From the NCBI RefSeq assembly GCF_009914755.1, contig NC_060932.1: DNA of 64,000 nucleotides; one strand, written 5' to 3'. The DNA is from the human T2T-CHM13v2.0 reference genome, Homo sapiens. This document shows, in pieces, positions 40,055 to 53,400 of the stretch. Both the position numbers and the translations under genes were made by a program. The notes below the pieces were generated by a model. It ran no database searches and was not told the DNA's origin. It saw nothing but the letters and a program-made list of their open reading frames with translations. Numbering within the stretch: position 1 is the first letter of the stretch; every line of letters begins with the position of its first letter.

Positions 40055-40543
40055 TGAAAGTGATTTTGCAAGGGGTAAACTAAATCAAGCAGGGATCCAG
40101 AGTGCTATAATAGAGGCAGACTGGACAAGACACGCCACAGCTTCACCTCTCCCTTGAATAATTCATGGTTTCCCGAATTGCTGTCCCCAGACTTGAATCC
40201 CTTCAGCGTACTTTCCACTTGAACATCACAGTCATCTTCACAGATAGAAAAATCTCATTCGAGTACATTTCCACTTAAGACACTCAGTGATTCTGCATTT
40301 TCTTCAGGGACAGATGCACTGCTTGAATGCAGTATGATCTTGACCCTGGTCAGTTTAATTTGAATGCCTTGTACAAAGTGCTCTCCAAAGTGCTGGGTGC
40401 TATATATAAACCATGTTTGTTGAGGTCAGGGGTCAGCCATATAGACACACTTCCCAGACCATGTGGCAAATGGGAAGGTAGAAATATGTGTAGGATATGT
40501 GAGCTCAGAAGAGGACACAGTAGTCTAAGATGAATTCCTCTTA

Positions 40544-40584
40544 GATATATGGTGTTTGAACTGGGATATATGGTGTTTGAACTG
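40544..40584. repeat. 20-bp local tandem duplication
   Basis: GATATATGGTGTTTGAACTG at 40544-40563 and 40565-40584. Confidence 0.9.
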
Positions 40585-40753
40585 AGTACCAAAGAAGGAC
40601 TAAAAGTGAGTCATATACATTAGCTTAGGCCTACACAGGGTCAGGACAATCAATATCACTGTCTTCCAACTTGAAACCTTGTCCCACTGGAAGGTTGTCA
40701 GGGTCAACAGCACACGTGAAGCTGACATCTCCTATGGTAACAATGCCTTTTTC

Positions 40754-41073
40754 TTCCATTTGTCGTTGTTGTGTTTTTGTTTTTGTTGTTGTTTGTTTGT
40801 TTTGAGATGGAGTCTTGCTCTCTTGTCCAAGTTGGAGCGCAGTGGCGTTATCTCGGCTCAGTGCAAACTCTGCCTCCCAGGTTTGAGCTATTCTCTTGCC
40901 TTAGCCTCCTGAGTAGCTGGGACTACAGGCATGCGCCACCGTGCCTGGCAAATTGTTGTATTTTTTGTTTTGTTTTAGTGATGGGGTTTCGCCATGTTGG
41001 CCAGGCTGATCTCCAATTCCTGACCTCAGGTGATCTGCTGACCTCGACCTCCCAAAGTGCTGGGATTATAGGC
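40754..41073 (-). mobile_element. AluSx-like, missing ~20 nt at its 5' end
   Basis: Antisense Alu with (TTG)n tail; TSD ACAATGCCTT(T/C)TTC at 40740-40753 and 41075-41088. Confidence 0.92.
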
Positions 41074-41127
41074 CACAATGCCTTCTTCGGAATACCTCCT
41101 TAAGGACCTGCCTGAGGGTGTTCTATC

Positions 41128-41427
<300 letters not shown>

Positions 41428-41661
41428 CTAGGTTAACTTTTTTAAAAGTAGAATGAGTACACACTAAAATAACAATCAAAAGTATAGGAAATACATTAAC
41501 CAGCAACACAGTCATTATTATTCTCAAGTATTATGCACTGTACATAAGTAGATGCATGAGACCCGTCTAAGACTGGCAGGGCAGGTTTGCATATGGCACC
41601 ATCACCACACACACGCGCATGTGGATTATGCATTCTGCTATGACGCATAATTATATGGCTA

Positions 41662-42030
<369 letters not shown>

Positions 42031-43664
42031 TTAATGGGAGAAACAAAGTTAGTCATGGCAAGGAATATGGGAAAGTCACACGGAGAAGGTAAAAACCATG
42101 AACTGTGCTTCCAGAAGCTGGATGCGATGAAGATAACATGGAGAGGTTTTCCTACATTTCCAGGCCCTTCTCTCATGTTTCCCTTCACATTTTTTGCTCT
42201 GGTTGTAATACAACTTCTGCATCACAGTTCCTCAGAACACCATGCGGTCTGACATCTCTGCCTTTTGACCTATGCTGTTAACTCTTCCTGAAATGTCCTA
42301 TGTTTTGTCTCCGATTTTTCTGGACAATTTTTTTTCTTTAAGAGCAAAGACGAAACTTCTCCTTTCTGAGCCAACCCTTGAATCGTTTAAGCACTGCTAG
42401 TCACTTCATTCCTTGACTAGACACTCTGCCATGTGCCTGCTTCCATCACTTAACCTCTGGACGCATCCCTTAAAGAGACATTTACCCTTGTAAGAGCTTG
42501 TGTCTAGGGGGAAGAACAGGTGTTTTAAATATCCCTGAAATCTTGACATCAAGTACTTTAAAACTCGTTAAACTGTATCTATGAAGCAAGCAGTAAAAAA
42601 GAGTCTGAAACCTTGGGCATTTTTTAGGTTGAATGTCTAGAAAAAGAACAATGCCACAAAGAACAATAGGTATTCCTAACTGTAATTTCAGGATAGACAA
42701 GAGCTGCTAGGTACTCATGCACAGCAAAGTTAATTAATGTCTTCCCCGACAGGCAATTCTTTGCTTCCGCCTCTATCACTTCATGGGTTTATTGGTAACT
42801 TTTTTCTCTGGGCACCACCTTCTGTCACCCGCTACCTCTACTTGCTTTATTACATTCCGTCTTCATTTATGTCTTCTCAGCTTCACAGTCACGGCAATGA
42901 CTTCCTCCTGGGCAGGTGACACCCTAAAGTCCTTTGGGTTTTGTTTGGCACCAAAGTGGAAATACAGGTTTGTTGAGAATAAAGAGAGGATGGATAGTTG
43001 ATTTGTGGAACAGAACTTTGGGCTTATTTTTTTTTTAGTAGGCACATAAAATGAGCTATGCATGTGGTATTTAGAATTTAGTGTGTCTAAATGAGAACTA
43101 GAGTAACTCACTGTGCAGAGCTAAGTAAAGACTGTTTGGTATTCTATCCCTGGGCTAAGAAAAGTTGAATCAACTTTTTTAGTATATTGCCCAGGTTCCC
43201 TTTGGTTACGAAGGCTGAGTCAGCTGAAAACATAATTCGGCATCAGTAGTTTATGATTTCTATGGTTCCGGAAGAGATTTCAAGAGGAATAAATTACCTG
43301 GGATCTCATGGCCCTTTCATACAAATGATTCTCATCCCAAAGGTATAAACTGTGGCTTGTGTCTTCATATCTTCTTTATCTTTACCACATCAGAGAACTC
43401 ACAGTTTGCAATATTGGTGGGTTATTAGTTTAGGTAAAAAATAAATAAAATAGCTGAGAACTTCAAACTAATTCAGTTTTGCCAGATAATGTCTGGAATC
43501 GCTTCCTCCTGCAAACCATCTTCTGGGTGCATGTGTAACAGGGACCCAGTACTCTCATTTTTAATCCCGGTTGCATTATTTAAAGGAAAGTTAAATACTG
43601 TTAGATTTCAAGGCAAGGGATGATATTTCTTATGCAAAATTTAGGAAAGGAAGTATAAAACGTT

Positions 43665-43942
43665 TGCAATTTTTATGCAACGAATGTATTTTTGAACCAT
43701 TTAGCTTATGCTTGAATCAAATAACATTTTGTTATAAAAATAAAGTATAACTTAATAAAATAAAAAATTTACAATTATAATGCAATGGATACATGTTTGA
43801 ACCATTCAACTTATGCTTGAATCAAATAACATTTTTATAAAAATAATGTATAACAATAAAAATACAAAATCATTTACACGTTTTATGCAATGGATATATG
43901 TTTGAACCATTTAACTTACGCTTGAATCAAATAACCTTTTTA
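43665..43942. repeat. 105-bp tandem repeat, about 2.6 copies
   Basis: ATGCAA..TTTGAACCATT..CTTA(T/C)GCTTGAATCAAATAAC starting at 43675, 43780 and 43885. Confidence 0.92.
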
Positions 43943-44677
43943 ACACAAAGTAAACTTATATGTTTTTCTCTAAAATACTTTTGTCAGTCTTGGTCAGTTT
44001 AACATAAATATGTTAAAAATGACTTGATCATAAAGATGGTAATTTAAAAAATTTTTAAATTAACTTAATTTAAATACTTTTCTGATCCTCAGTTTCACTG
44101 TAACGATTAAATATTCATTTTTAATTCTACCTTTACATCTCTGGTAATTTTATACAAACAGATCAAATAATTTAGTTTTCAAATAGTTCTGAAACCTAAT
44201 AATGTTTTTGCTTCCAGTCTCTGTGCCTGAATATTCCCTCTGCCCAAAAGTCTGATATTTCATTCTTCATCCTGATGATTTGTAGAAAACAAAAATGTCA
44301 CAGTGAAATTAGTCTCCTCATGCTATGTCGGAAGAAATATCTCATTCACCAGCCGAGTCAAACATTCCAATGGAAATATCTATAGCTTTGGAGATGATGC
44401 CTAATTTATCCTGACAGAGTTGTTGATTTATCTGAGAAAGAAATTCCAAAAAAACAAAAACCAAAAAAAAAAAACTGCTGACTCTTTCACTTAATTCGAT
44501 GTTAACAAACGGGCACAACAGCCTAGGAATACTGAGAGGTTGCCAGATACTATGTGCAAAGTTTGTCAAATGACGGCGATTTCCCTCCCAAAGCTCAGAG
44601 TGGCAAAGCTCCCAATGGGAAAGATGAATAGACATTACAATCCTGTGTAACTTTTCATTCTGCACCTCTGTCCCCTA

Positions 44678-44997
44678 AGTGCAGTACCTCATACATTATC
44701 CACTAGCCATGAGCAGCCACGACACACTTAAAGCGTGATGAGTCTGAATTAACATGCACTGCAAGGGCAAAATACGGAATGCATTTCTGTGACTTCACAG
44801 GAAAAACATACGGTAAGATATTTTATTAATGTTTTTCTACTGATTACATGCTGAAATAGCATTTGTTATATATTGAGTTAATGATGTATATTAAAATTAA
44901 TTTTACCTGTATCTTTTTACTCCTTTTAATTTGGCTACTAGAGAATTAAAATGAGATGCGGCTCACATTGGTGGCTCACAATATATTGGACAGCAGA
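44678..44997. mobile_element. MER33 (hAT-Charlie)
   Basis: CCACTAGCCA..TGATTACATGCTGAAAT..ATTAAAATTAATTTTACCTGT..TGGCTACTAGA..TATTGGACAGC. Confidence 0.8.
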
Positions 44998-45457
44998 GTT
45001 CTAAGGTCTAAACTGATGGATGAGCAAATTGAAAAAAGGATTTCAATAAAATGACACAGGGTTTCAATTAAAACCTGACACAGGCTTTAATAAAATGAGA
45101 ATTGTAAAGATTTCAGCCCTGTTAATTAGCACCATAAAAACCGCAACAATGATTAATCTGATTTTTTAACTGTTGTTTAATAATAAACACATCTTTTTAA
45201 AATTTTTAAATATGAAATGTGGCAGGAAATGCTAGCACTTTTTCATATTTAGGGAGACTTCGCTGTGATGAGGGCTTCTAGGTATGTGTGCTTTATTTCT
45301 TCAGGCCAGACATTTTCGAGGAAAATGATTTGAAAGGAAGCACAGGGGAGATTTCTCATTCTCTTTCCCAGAAGCTGTAGGTGAGGGTTTAGCGTGCTGA
45401 TTCCCTGAAGGAGTCATAAAATAAGTGAATCCAAAGTCCCATCAAGAGCCCTTGAGA

Positions 45458-45708
45458 GGCCGGGTGTGGTGGCTCACGCCTGTAATCTCAGTACTTTGGG
45501 AGACCGCGACAGGTGGATCGCTGGATGTCAGGAGCTCGAGACCAGCTTGGCCAACATGGTGAAACCTTGTCTGTACTAAAAATACAAAATTAGCCAGGGG
45601 TGGTGGTAGGCACCTGTAATCCCAGCTACTTGGGAGGCTGAGGCAGTAGAATCGCTTGAACCTGGGAAGTGGAAGTTGCAGTGAGCCAAGATAAACAAAT
45701 AAACAAAA
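45458..45708 (+). mobile_element. AluS lacking the last ~45-50 nt of its right arm but with A tail and TSD
   Basis: Body stops at GTGAGCCAAGAT then AAACAAATAAACAAAAA; TSD AGCCCTTGAGA at 45447-45457 and 45709-45719. Confidence 0.92.
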
Positions 45709-46983
45709 AGCCCTTGAGAAGAAAACTCTGCAATGGGATGCAGGGGCAGGTTCAGGGGTGTGGGGCTGAGGGTGGTGTTTGATTACCTAGAAGAGTTGGG
45801 GGAAGGGATTAATAGAAGAGTACAGTTGGTTCTTAGGAAATAAAAGACAACAGCCAAATGCGACTGAGGCCAAGTTTTACTCTCTAGGCTCAAGAGCTCC
45901 CTCAAAGACATAGTAGCTAGCTAAGGAAAATTTCCACTGAAGCAACAAGGAGGCGATTGGGGCCACATGAACTGTGGAAATGTAGAATATATTCAGGCTT
46001 AGTCCAGATGATATGGAATTGAAAGGCTTTAAATCCCATTTAAATATGAAATAGACATATAGAGACGCATTGTACACTAGGGCAAGATCAGAAACCAAGG
46101 TATCATGACAAAATCAGACATGCAGGTAAGAATTCATTTTGATAAATTCCAACTTAAGATTAAATGCATCGTTTTAACTTGGCTTTCAGCAGGATCGTAT
46201 TCTTTATCACTTTATTCACTTGCCTTTTTCAAAGGCCAACGTCTTGTCTTTCAAATGGAGGCCCACATAGACATCTTTTGTAACACCCAAGCTATACACA
46301 ACTATGCTTCTGTAACAATAAACCGGCCGTCAGCAGGGAACTCACACTGCGAATGAATACATCAAAGTGACGAGGCTTTGACTGAGTTGAAAGCCCTGTG
46401 GAGGCCTTCACGGTGGAGCTGGACACAGTTGCTAGAAAGATGAAGTGATGCATCTGGTCAGCCCAGGCACGGGTCACCCAAAAATACCACCCAGGGTAAT
46501 GAAGGAGGTTGAGATTGTCTTAACTGGGGGCTTGAAATGAGCTAAAAGAATGTTTGGGTTTGAAAATCGCCTCTGATGCAAATTCTGGGAGAGTTCCCAA
46601 GACAACTGATCATGAGACACGAGTTATTAGGGAGACCGCTCTTCTGGGCTTCCCTTGCTCCCGGCCTACAGCAGCACCTTTACATCTCCTAGGCAGGGGG
46701 ACCATGAAAGCTCTTCTAGAACCACATTTTCAGATGTTCTGTCTTCCAAGTCCCGGCTGATATGAGCGCCTCTCTCTGGGTTGAGATTAACCACTGGCCC
46801 AGCCCAGCTTTCCTCTCAGTCCCGTTGTGCTGAGTATTACATCTGGATTCTCTGTTTATCTGCAGCTCGGGCATGGGTTTTGAGGAATCAACTCTGACTT
46901 GGTCCTTGATAATTTCTTTATTTTCAAAGAAAGAGTTTGTACTGAATATCCCTAGGAGGACTCACTTATAAGCATTGGACATA

Positions 46984-47291
46984 TTTTTATTTATTTTTAA
47001 TTTTAATATTTTTTTGAGACAGGGTCTCACTCTGTCATCTAGGCTGCAGTGTAGTGGTGTGATCATAGCTCACTGCAGCATCGGCCTCCTGAGTTCAACC
47101 CATTCTCCCACCTCAGCCTCTTGAGTAGCTGAAACTACAGGCATGTGCCTAGCTATTTTTTTAAATATAATTTATAGAGACAGAGTGTTGCTATGTTGCC
47201 CAAGCTGGTCTTGAACTCCTGATATGAAGTGATCCTCCCATCTTGGCCTTTTGAAGTGTTGACATTATAGGCATGAGCCACCAAGCCAGCC
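46984..47291 (-). mobile_element. AluJ
   Basis: J diagnostics GAGACAGGGTCTCACTCTG, GATCATAGCTCACTGCAGC, GCTATGTTGCCCA. Confidence 0.92.
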
Positions 47292-48689
47292 TAGAAACAA
47301 TATCTTCTCTATTTTAGATGTAAAAACCGTAAAAGAAAAACCCTACATGTGCTCACACAGTTTAGAACCTTAATGTACTTATGTTCTTGAGGTATTACAT
47401 ATTCTCCCAAAGAGTAGGGACAAACTTGTCTTTCATACCGACTTTTTCATCAATAGCTAAAATAAAGCACACATATCCTTGCAATGTTACATTTGAACCA
47501 CATGTGGTTAGAGTCAAAGGCTCTATATAAAAGAATTAAACAAAATTAATAACTATAGACAACAATTTAAAAGACATTCTGTTTCAGTACCACCTGTACT
47601 TAGATATCAAATACCTATATAGTTGGAAAAATAAACACATCTTATTAAGCAAATATTTTAATAGTGCAAAACCTGTGTGGTCTTTCACGACGTGGTTTTT
47701 AACTTGTAATTCCTCTGTGACATCTAGGTTTCCCCAAGGCACTGTCATATTCCTGAAATGTTTTCTGCTAGATCAAAGCCCAAGACAAAATTTCAAATTA
47801 CATCAATGAAATGAACTATTCATATGGAACTAATCTTTCTATAAAAACCTCTTCGAATAAAACATGATTTTTGAAAGTCAGATAAACCCAATTTATTGAC
47901 TTCATTGTGAGTTTTGTCAGGATTTATTCCATCCACCTCATTGTACTTCTTCACTATACGATAATGAATAGTTGATTGGGAAAAGACTATCCTATAAATT
48001 ATTGCCAGTTACACAAATATGACACTGTAAAAGTCGGTCCACTAATAACTCACAGTGCATGTCACAGAAGAGCACTTCTGATGAAGTTTCATCCTCATGG
48101 GCTCACTCAAAGGAAACAATATAGTAAGCACTATTTAAAAGAGAAAATAAAGTATCTATCCTGACATTGCTAACCAAATAGCCATCTTAACATAAACAGA
48201 AACAACCTCATGCATGGCAAGACTTTACAATTATATGGATTTGTGTGTGATATACTCCACTTCAATGAGCAAAAAGTTATGCCACACAGAGCTTAATTAC
48301 ATCCTATACAGCATGTTAATAGCCCATATGGCAGAACCTGGGAACATCCTAATTGAAAGTCACTTAACATTTACAAAGGCAATCCAAGTTTAACCAGTAT
48401 GCAATCCTTGACATTCCTGGCTAGAAAAGACACTCTTATTATCATGAAAAATAAATGACAACGTTATGTAAGATCTGATGGCTCTTCCAAACATGCTTAT
48501 TTTCAGTTTGGAACACCTGTCTCAGCTTTCACTTAAGTATAATGAATCTATAATTAAGAATCTGTTAGGATTTTCATAGAATATTTAGTTTTGAGGAAAC
48601 TGCGTTACCATATTGTCATATTGCAACAGCCTCTGACTTGGAATACAAAAAGAATAAAATATATAAAAACCCATGTGAATACAGAAAAT

Positions 48690-49229
48690 CACTTGATCTT
48701 TATCAGTGTTTCCCAAACACTAGTTATCTATAATTCCTCTCCTTTTTCCACCTTCTTGTGTCTTACAGAACTTGTCGTATTGACTCTCTCTGCAAAGCAT
48801 TCGACAATTTTCTTCCATTTCTTCCTGTCCCAATCCCAGTCATCGTCACACCTATTTTAATCCAAGCCATCGTCATCTTTCTACGGACCTCTTTTCAGGT
48901 TGCTTATTGGCCTCCCTACTTTGGAGCCTTTCTGCAAGCCTCACCAGAGAGACCTTACTAAACATCAGTGAGGTCCTGTCACTTCCTCCCAAGCATCCTT
49001 CCACTGCACCTCAAGTTACAGCCTCATGCCTCACTCTTGATTGCAAAACTCCACGAGATTTTGTCTTATCTCTAGCCCCGTCTCACATCACCAACCCCAT
49101 GTTCACTGTAGTGGCCTTCAGCTCACCCATTACTTCTGCACACTGGTCTTCTTTCTGTTTCTTACATATGGCAATACAGTTCCTTAGGGTTTTTACCCCA
49201 GCTGTTTCCTCTGTCTACAATCACCTTTC
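48690..49229 (+). mobile_element. L2 LINE fragment hosting the L1PB insertion
   Basis: Pyrimidine-rich L2-like motifs TCCAAGCCATCGTCATCT, TGGCCTCCCTACTT, CACACTGGTCTTCTTTCTGTTTCTT; boundaries approximate. Confidence 0.6.
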
Positions 49230-49521
49230 TTTTTTTTTTTTTAAATGTATTTTTCCGTAAGTTACTGGGGTATAGGTGGTATTTGTTTACATGAGCAAGT
49301 TCTTTAGTGGAGTTTTATGAGAACCTGGTGCACCCATCACCCAAGCAGTGTACACTGCACTCTATTTGTTGTCTTTTATCCCTCGCCCTCCTTTCACTTT
49401 TCCCCCAAGTCCTCAAAGTCCATTGTATCCTTCTTATGCCTTTGCATCCTCATAGCTTAGCTCCCACATATGAGTGAGAAAATACGATGTTTGGTTTTCC
49501 ATTCCTGAGCTACTTCACTTA
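49230..49521 (-). mobile_element. L1PB1-like 3' end, 5'-truncated
   Basis: GGGGTATAGGTGGTATTTGTTTACATGAG..GGTGCACCCATCACCCAAGCAGTGTACACTGCAC..CATCCTCATAGCTTAGCTCCCAC; 16-bp TSD TCTACAATCACCTTTC at 49214-49229 and 49523-49538. Confidence 0.93.
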
Positions 49522-50219
49522 TTCTACAATCACCTTTCCATAACCAGGTCTTTCTGGTTACTGAGAACTCTGTCAAACTACACCCCTTCAGAGAAGTTTC
49601 AGGTTTCAACCTACAACAGTCAGAATGAGATAAGTCAATACCGGTTCCACATGAATTCAGGTTATCTGCAGAGCCCTTGCCGCCACCCTGCTGTTCTTGA
49701 GTATTTTTCCTTTGTCCCTCTGTCCTGCACCAGAACATGATTACATGAGTTTGGGAGAGTTGCTACTCTTTTCCCTGCTGTAACCTCCAGTACTTAGAAT
49801 AATGATGGGCCCCTCAGGAGAGCTGAAGAAAAAGATGTAGAATGAATTAAGAATTAGAGATGTTCTATGATGCAAATGTCCTCGTATCTTAACATGCTTG
49901 AGAAATATTTGGTTGAAAATCAGCTTTCTTCCTGTAGCAGTTCTCAAAATTCTCATTATACCCCAATTATGTGATTTCTCCAAGACAGGAATATTGAATG
50001 AGGTTTTCCAACACTTCTTTGGCCACTGAATAAGTTCGTTTTAAGAAAGCTCTTTTTGAATATTAATCCGCTTAGAAAACACTGTTATGTGAACATCTAT
50101 CTACATAGATCTATTGGGAAAATGAAGGCTTTTCTCCTTTGAAAAAAAACTGATTTCAAGGAAAATTAAAAATTTTGCTCATATGTTTTTTGTTTATACA
50201 TTTGTTTTCCTTTGTTAAC

Positions 50220-50460
50220 AAGGTAAGTGGATTTCAGGTCTAACTCTTCTAATAACTTTTTGGGCTGACTTTTGACAAATCACCTTAATTTTCTTCTGTG
50301 CCCGTTTTCTTGACCCTAAAGTGAAGGAGAGTAATTTCTCTGATATCATTTCATACTATATGCTCCAGAGTTTCTCTTCCATGAAGCTGATTTATGAAGT
50401 GGAACAAGGATTGTTTGAGGTAAAATATGTGAAATTTCTAAAGGTGATCATACATGATAG
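50220..50460 (+). mobile_element. MIR SINE
   Basis: GCTGACTTTTGACAAATCACCTTAAT..CTGTGCCCGTTTTCTT..CTAAAGTGAAGG core-like. Confidence 0.5.
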
Positions 50461-53400
50461 AGCAAAAATCAGCACAGTTAGTCACATTACAGAGCATCTG
50501 GCTCTGGGGCAAACTAAGCGTCAGCCTTCACTTGCCGAATGATTGGTCGTTGGTTCACATCTCTGCTCAGAGGTTGCTTTCCCTCAAGGAGACGTTACCT
50601 GGACCGCTTCCAATCAGATGATACCCAGGTTCTAATTATACGTTGACTACTGTGATTGTTTTAACACCATTTCTTTCTCTAAGCTCTGCATTCTGTGCAA
50701 CTGAGAATCATGGAGTTGTGAAGACTGTTATGTCCTTAGTATCTCAAAGACCTCCTGGCATGTAGAAACCCTCCAATAAGTTATTATTGAAGAATGATTG
50801 TTTGCAAGCAACACTGGCAGAAAAATATTGATTTAATGCTCTGCCATGGCCAATATCAATGTGCCTAGGAATTCACACTCAGAAAACAGAGAGAAAAAAA
50901 ATGCCCCAATTCCTCCCAGACCTGCTGAACTTTGTGTTTATTAAAATATAATAATTATTCAAAAGAACTTAATCTCAAGATGAATGGATATGCACGCCAG
51001 TAAAATGCTAACTGAAATAAAATAATTAGGAGTTATTAAGCTCTCCTTTCATGCATGCCTAATGACAGTTTTAAGTGTGTCTTCATCGAGGTTCACTACG
51101 TTAATAAAATCTATATTTCCTTCCTCTCACCTAAAATTATTTCTTAAGTTCTTTCTGAGGGACAGTTCACCTAGGACGATTAACACATGGTCACCTTTTC
51201 CTTCACCAAAAAATTTCTGCTTGTTGGCTCTGAAGGCAGCTTAATGCGCGAACAGGGTTTGGGTGTTGGAAATGTCCAGAAGAAAGGAATCAAATATTGA
51301 GTGTCCAATACCATTCAGAATTAAATGTTAACAATATTTCACAAATGCTTTCACAATTCAAAAGAAACCCAATTTATCTAGAGACTCTACATTGATGAGT
51401 GGATAGATTTTTCACAAAAGCATGTGGAAAGTTAAATAAAAAAAACAAAGTTTTGAGAGAATACTGCTCTTAGTTATTCCTGCTCGTCAGGGGAGCTGCC
51501 CTGGGGAGCTGTGGCATGTTGCATTTCGGACAGCTCCATCTGTCTCCTTCTGGAATTATTAACAGCACTTGCAAACTCGTCTTTCCAACAGAGACAAATG
51601 ATTCTTGGAACTGCCCTCACAATGACCAAAGCTATATTAAAATTCCATAAGGAAACATCCAGGAGATTCCTTATAAACATGATATTGAGGTACTGAAGCC
51701 CACAGTGTAGATGCTTAAAAATTAATTTTGGAGAACAGGCTGGAGGAAAATGTTGTTTTCATATGCCTCTGTGCTCACTACAGCAATGGAATATCCCAAA
51801 TGTCCTCTCTAATATTATAGCTTTTCATTGCACTACTTATGGGTTTTCCTTCAAAAGGAATCTATGACAAATTAAAATCTTTACCGGCAAAGGATATATG
51901 TTTGGAATGCCAATGAATTTACTATTGAAAAAGAATAGGTTTCCAAATACAGTTCTCGGATGGGTAGCACAACACATAGCCATTTGGGATATTTTTGCTC
52001 ACACGCGGGACTGTGAAATGCTGCCCATCATAATCTGGAAAGCTACTGCTATCCTTGTTCATATAACATAGCATCTTTGTGATTCAGGTCATACAATATG
52101 GTAACCCAGAAATATCAAGACTTTTAAAATACCCCCCAGAGATTAGTCCTGGAAAGTTTGCAGAGTGTATTAGGTTTTGTACATTTGTGTTGCCACCATC
52201 CACATTTTTTGGTAAATTTTTAAAAATCTCTGTCCTTCTCTGCGTTGCTCTTATCACTGTTACCAGCCCTTCTTAATCAAGACTGGGTATCTCATGTGTG
52301 GAATCCTGCCTTATGTGCATGTGGGCAAACAGTAATTCTTTAGGGCTATTTATGGGCCAGCCTCTGAAAATTAAGAAAGGCAAACAGCCGTGGAGGCTGA
52401 GTCACGTGGGATGGAATAAGCTGTGCCCTGTCCAGACCTGGTACCTGAAGTCCTGCGCTTCCCTGCCTGATTTCCCTTATTCCTGAGTACACGGGATTAT
52501 TTTAATCTTTACCGTTAAAACGCAATGATGTTCCTTGTTCAAAATATATACCGCAAATCTCCTGTCTAAAATATTTAGTTTTTTCTGGTGACATTTTCTC
52601 AATTGAATTATTTTAAACTACTATATTTCTCTGAATTGCCTTAATTATAAAGCGATTATGTAAGATAAGATTTTTTGTTTCTTGTTCTAAATGTGTATCC
52701 ACATTTATCTGTTGCATAGCATCACTTATTTTAAACTATTTTTGTCTTATTGTATATGTCTGAAGCAAAATCATTTCAAGACGTAAAAAAACAAAAACAG
52801 AAATAACACAGCAATGATGGCATGGGTTCTTGAAGGAGTCGAAGATTTCAAGTACTTACAACGCAACTGAGATTCAAGGACCGTGGACACTACAGATTCA
52901 TGACTGTATTTCAGAACGAAACAAAAATAGGACTTACACCATGATGACTTCTGATAACTAAAATATGATCAGATTTTTAACTTTCCATCTGATCCAGATT
53001 AGAAATACCTTCGCCTTATTAAAAATAAAATAAAAATCAATTTGTATGGTTATAGAAACACGTAGAAACATCTATTTGGAGAATCCAAGAAGAAAACCCA
53101 TATTGCATAAGCAACACAAATAGGAGTACGTTTCCTTCAATAAAATTATTAAATATTTTAACAAGTGAATATCAATAATTGAGAAATATAGACACTGTTT
53201 TCTTTTTATATTAAAGTGTCAGCTGCTAAGTTGATACTATAAAGTAGTGAGGGCTTTCCATTTCATGGCAGCTGTTTGAATGTTTCTGATTTTTATTTTT
53301 ATTTTTTCAAAAACAACTTCCCACTACAGGGAGCATGTCAAACGATCAACTTCCTCTCTTTAAAATTTCAGGAAAGTATATAATCACTTTAATTTGTCCA

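Noticed and set aside
43665-43942. CRISPR-like repeat-spacer reading of the 105-bp and 40-bp repeats
   Set aside because: The intervening segments are homologous to each other rather than unique spacers, there are no cas genes, and the DNA is primate
51591-51689. Possible exon bounded by TTTCCAACAG and GAG|GTACTG
   Set aside because: The donor is weak, the peptide is not recognisable and no partner exons are evident
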